A stretch of DNA of 62,494 bases, the filler included, from Choristocarpus tenellus KU-1152 (Eukaryota; Protista; Phaeophyceae), in assembly GCA_964200185.2 (NCBI GenBank). It is 10 parts of 10 records of this genome, joined end to end, with 100 filler letters (N's around TTAATTAATTAA, not from the genome) between each part and the next. Parts side by side here need not be neighbours in the genome. Positions count along the whole stretch, not along the records: positions 57,403 to 62,494 come from CAXNAD020011908.1; 9 more parts are not named here. One strand, given 5' to 3'. Of the stretch, positions 62,487 through 62,494 are shown in pieces; the first letter of the stretch is position 1, and every line of letters begins with the position of its first letter. Both the position numbers and the translations under genes were made by a program. The notes below the pieces were generated by a model, which saw only the letters and a program-made list of their open reading frames with translations, did not search any database and was not told the origin of the DNA.

Positions 62487-62494
62487 CCCCCCCC

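Noticed and set aside
62231-62494. True telomere at the window end
   Set aside because: Only about 2.5 TTAGGG units, internal to the contig; the contig ends in poly-C

Overview
This is not one locus. It is ten short eukaryotic contigs (1-3680, 3781-8451, 8552-16347, 16448-20564, 20665-38925, 39026-42313, 42414-46797, 46898-54292, 54393-57302, 57403-62494) joined by an artificial 100-nt spacer (N44-TTAATTAATTAA-N44), so adjacency across spacers is not evidence of linkage. The DNA is intron-rich and nuclear. It comes from an alga with a secondary red plastid, shown by a protein with a signal peptide, an AxA|F motif and a twin-Arg lumen signal. The RTE LINE fragment and TTAGGG repeats suggest a brown alga or close ochrophyte relative (inference). 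By manual splicing I reconstructed a complete 9-exon myo-inositol 2-dehydrogenase (IolG-like, 337 aa) and a complete 6-exon YEATS4/GAS41/YAF9 gene (311 aa). The YEATS gene lies head-to-head with an IQ-motif + PH-like-domain gene. Also present are the 5' part of eIF3L, the 5' part of a thylakoid-lumen protein gene, tRNA-Ala(AGC) and several orphan multi-exon genes. The rest is decayed transposon sequence (Gypsy, Copia, RTE, CRE-like, Tc1-like) plus an abundant ~176-bp MITE with G-tract termini that sits at 6 of 20 contig ends. I found no convincing novel multi-gene system. The best leads are a CpG-depleted background with CpG-rich gene 5' ends, the MITE with GACCC-like flanks, the uncharacterised lumen protein, and the IQ-PH gene with duplicated exons. 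All family assignments come from motif recognition by eye, not database searches.
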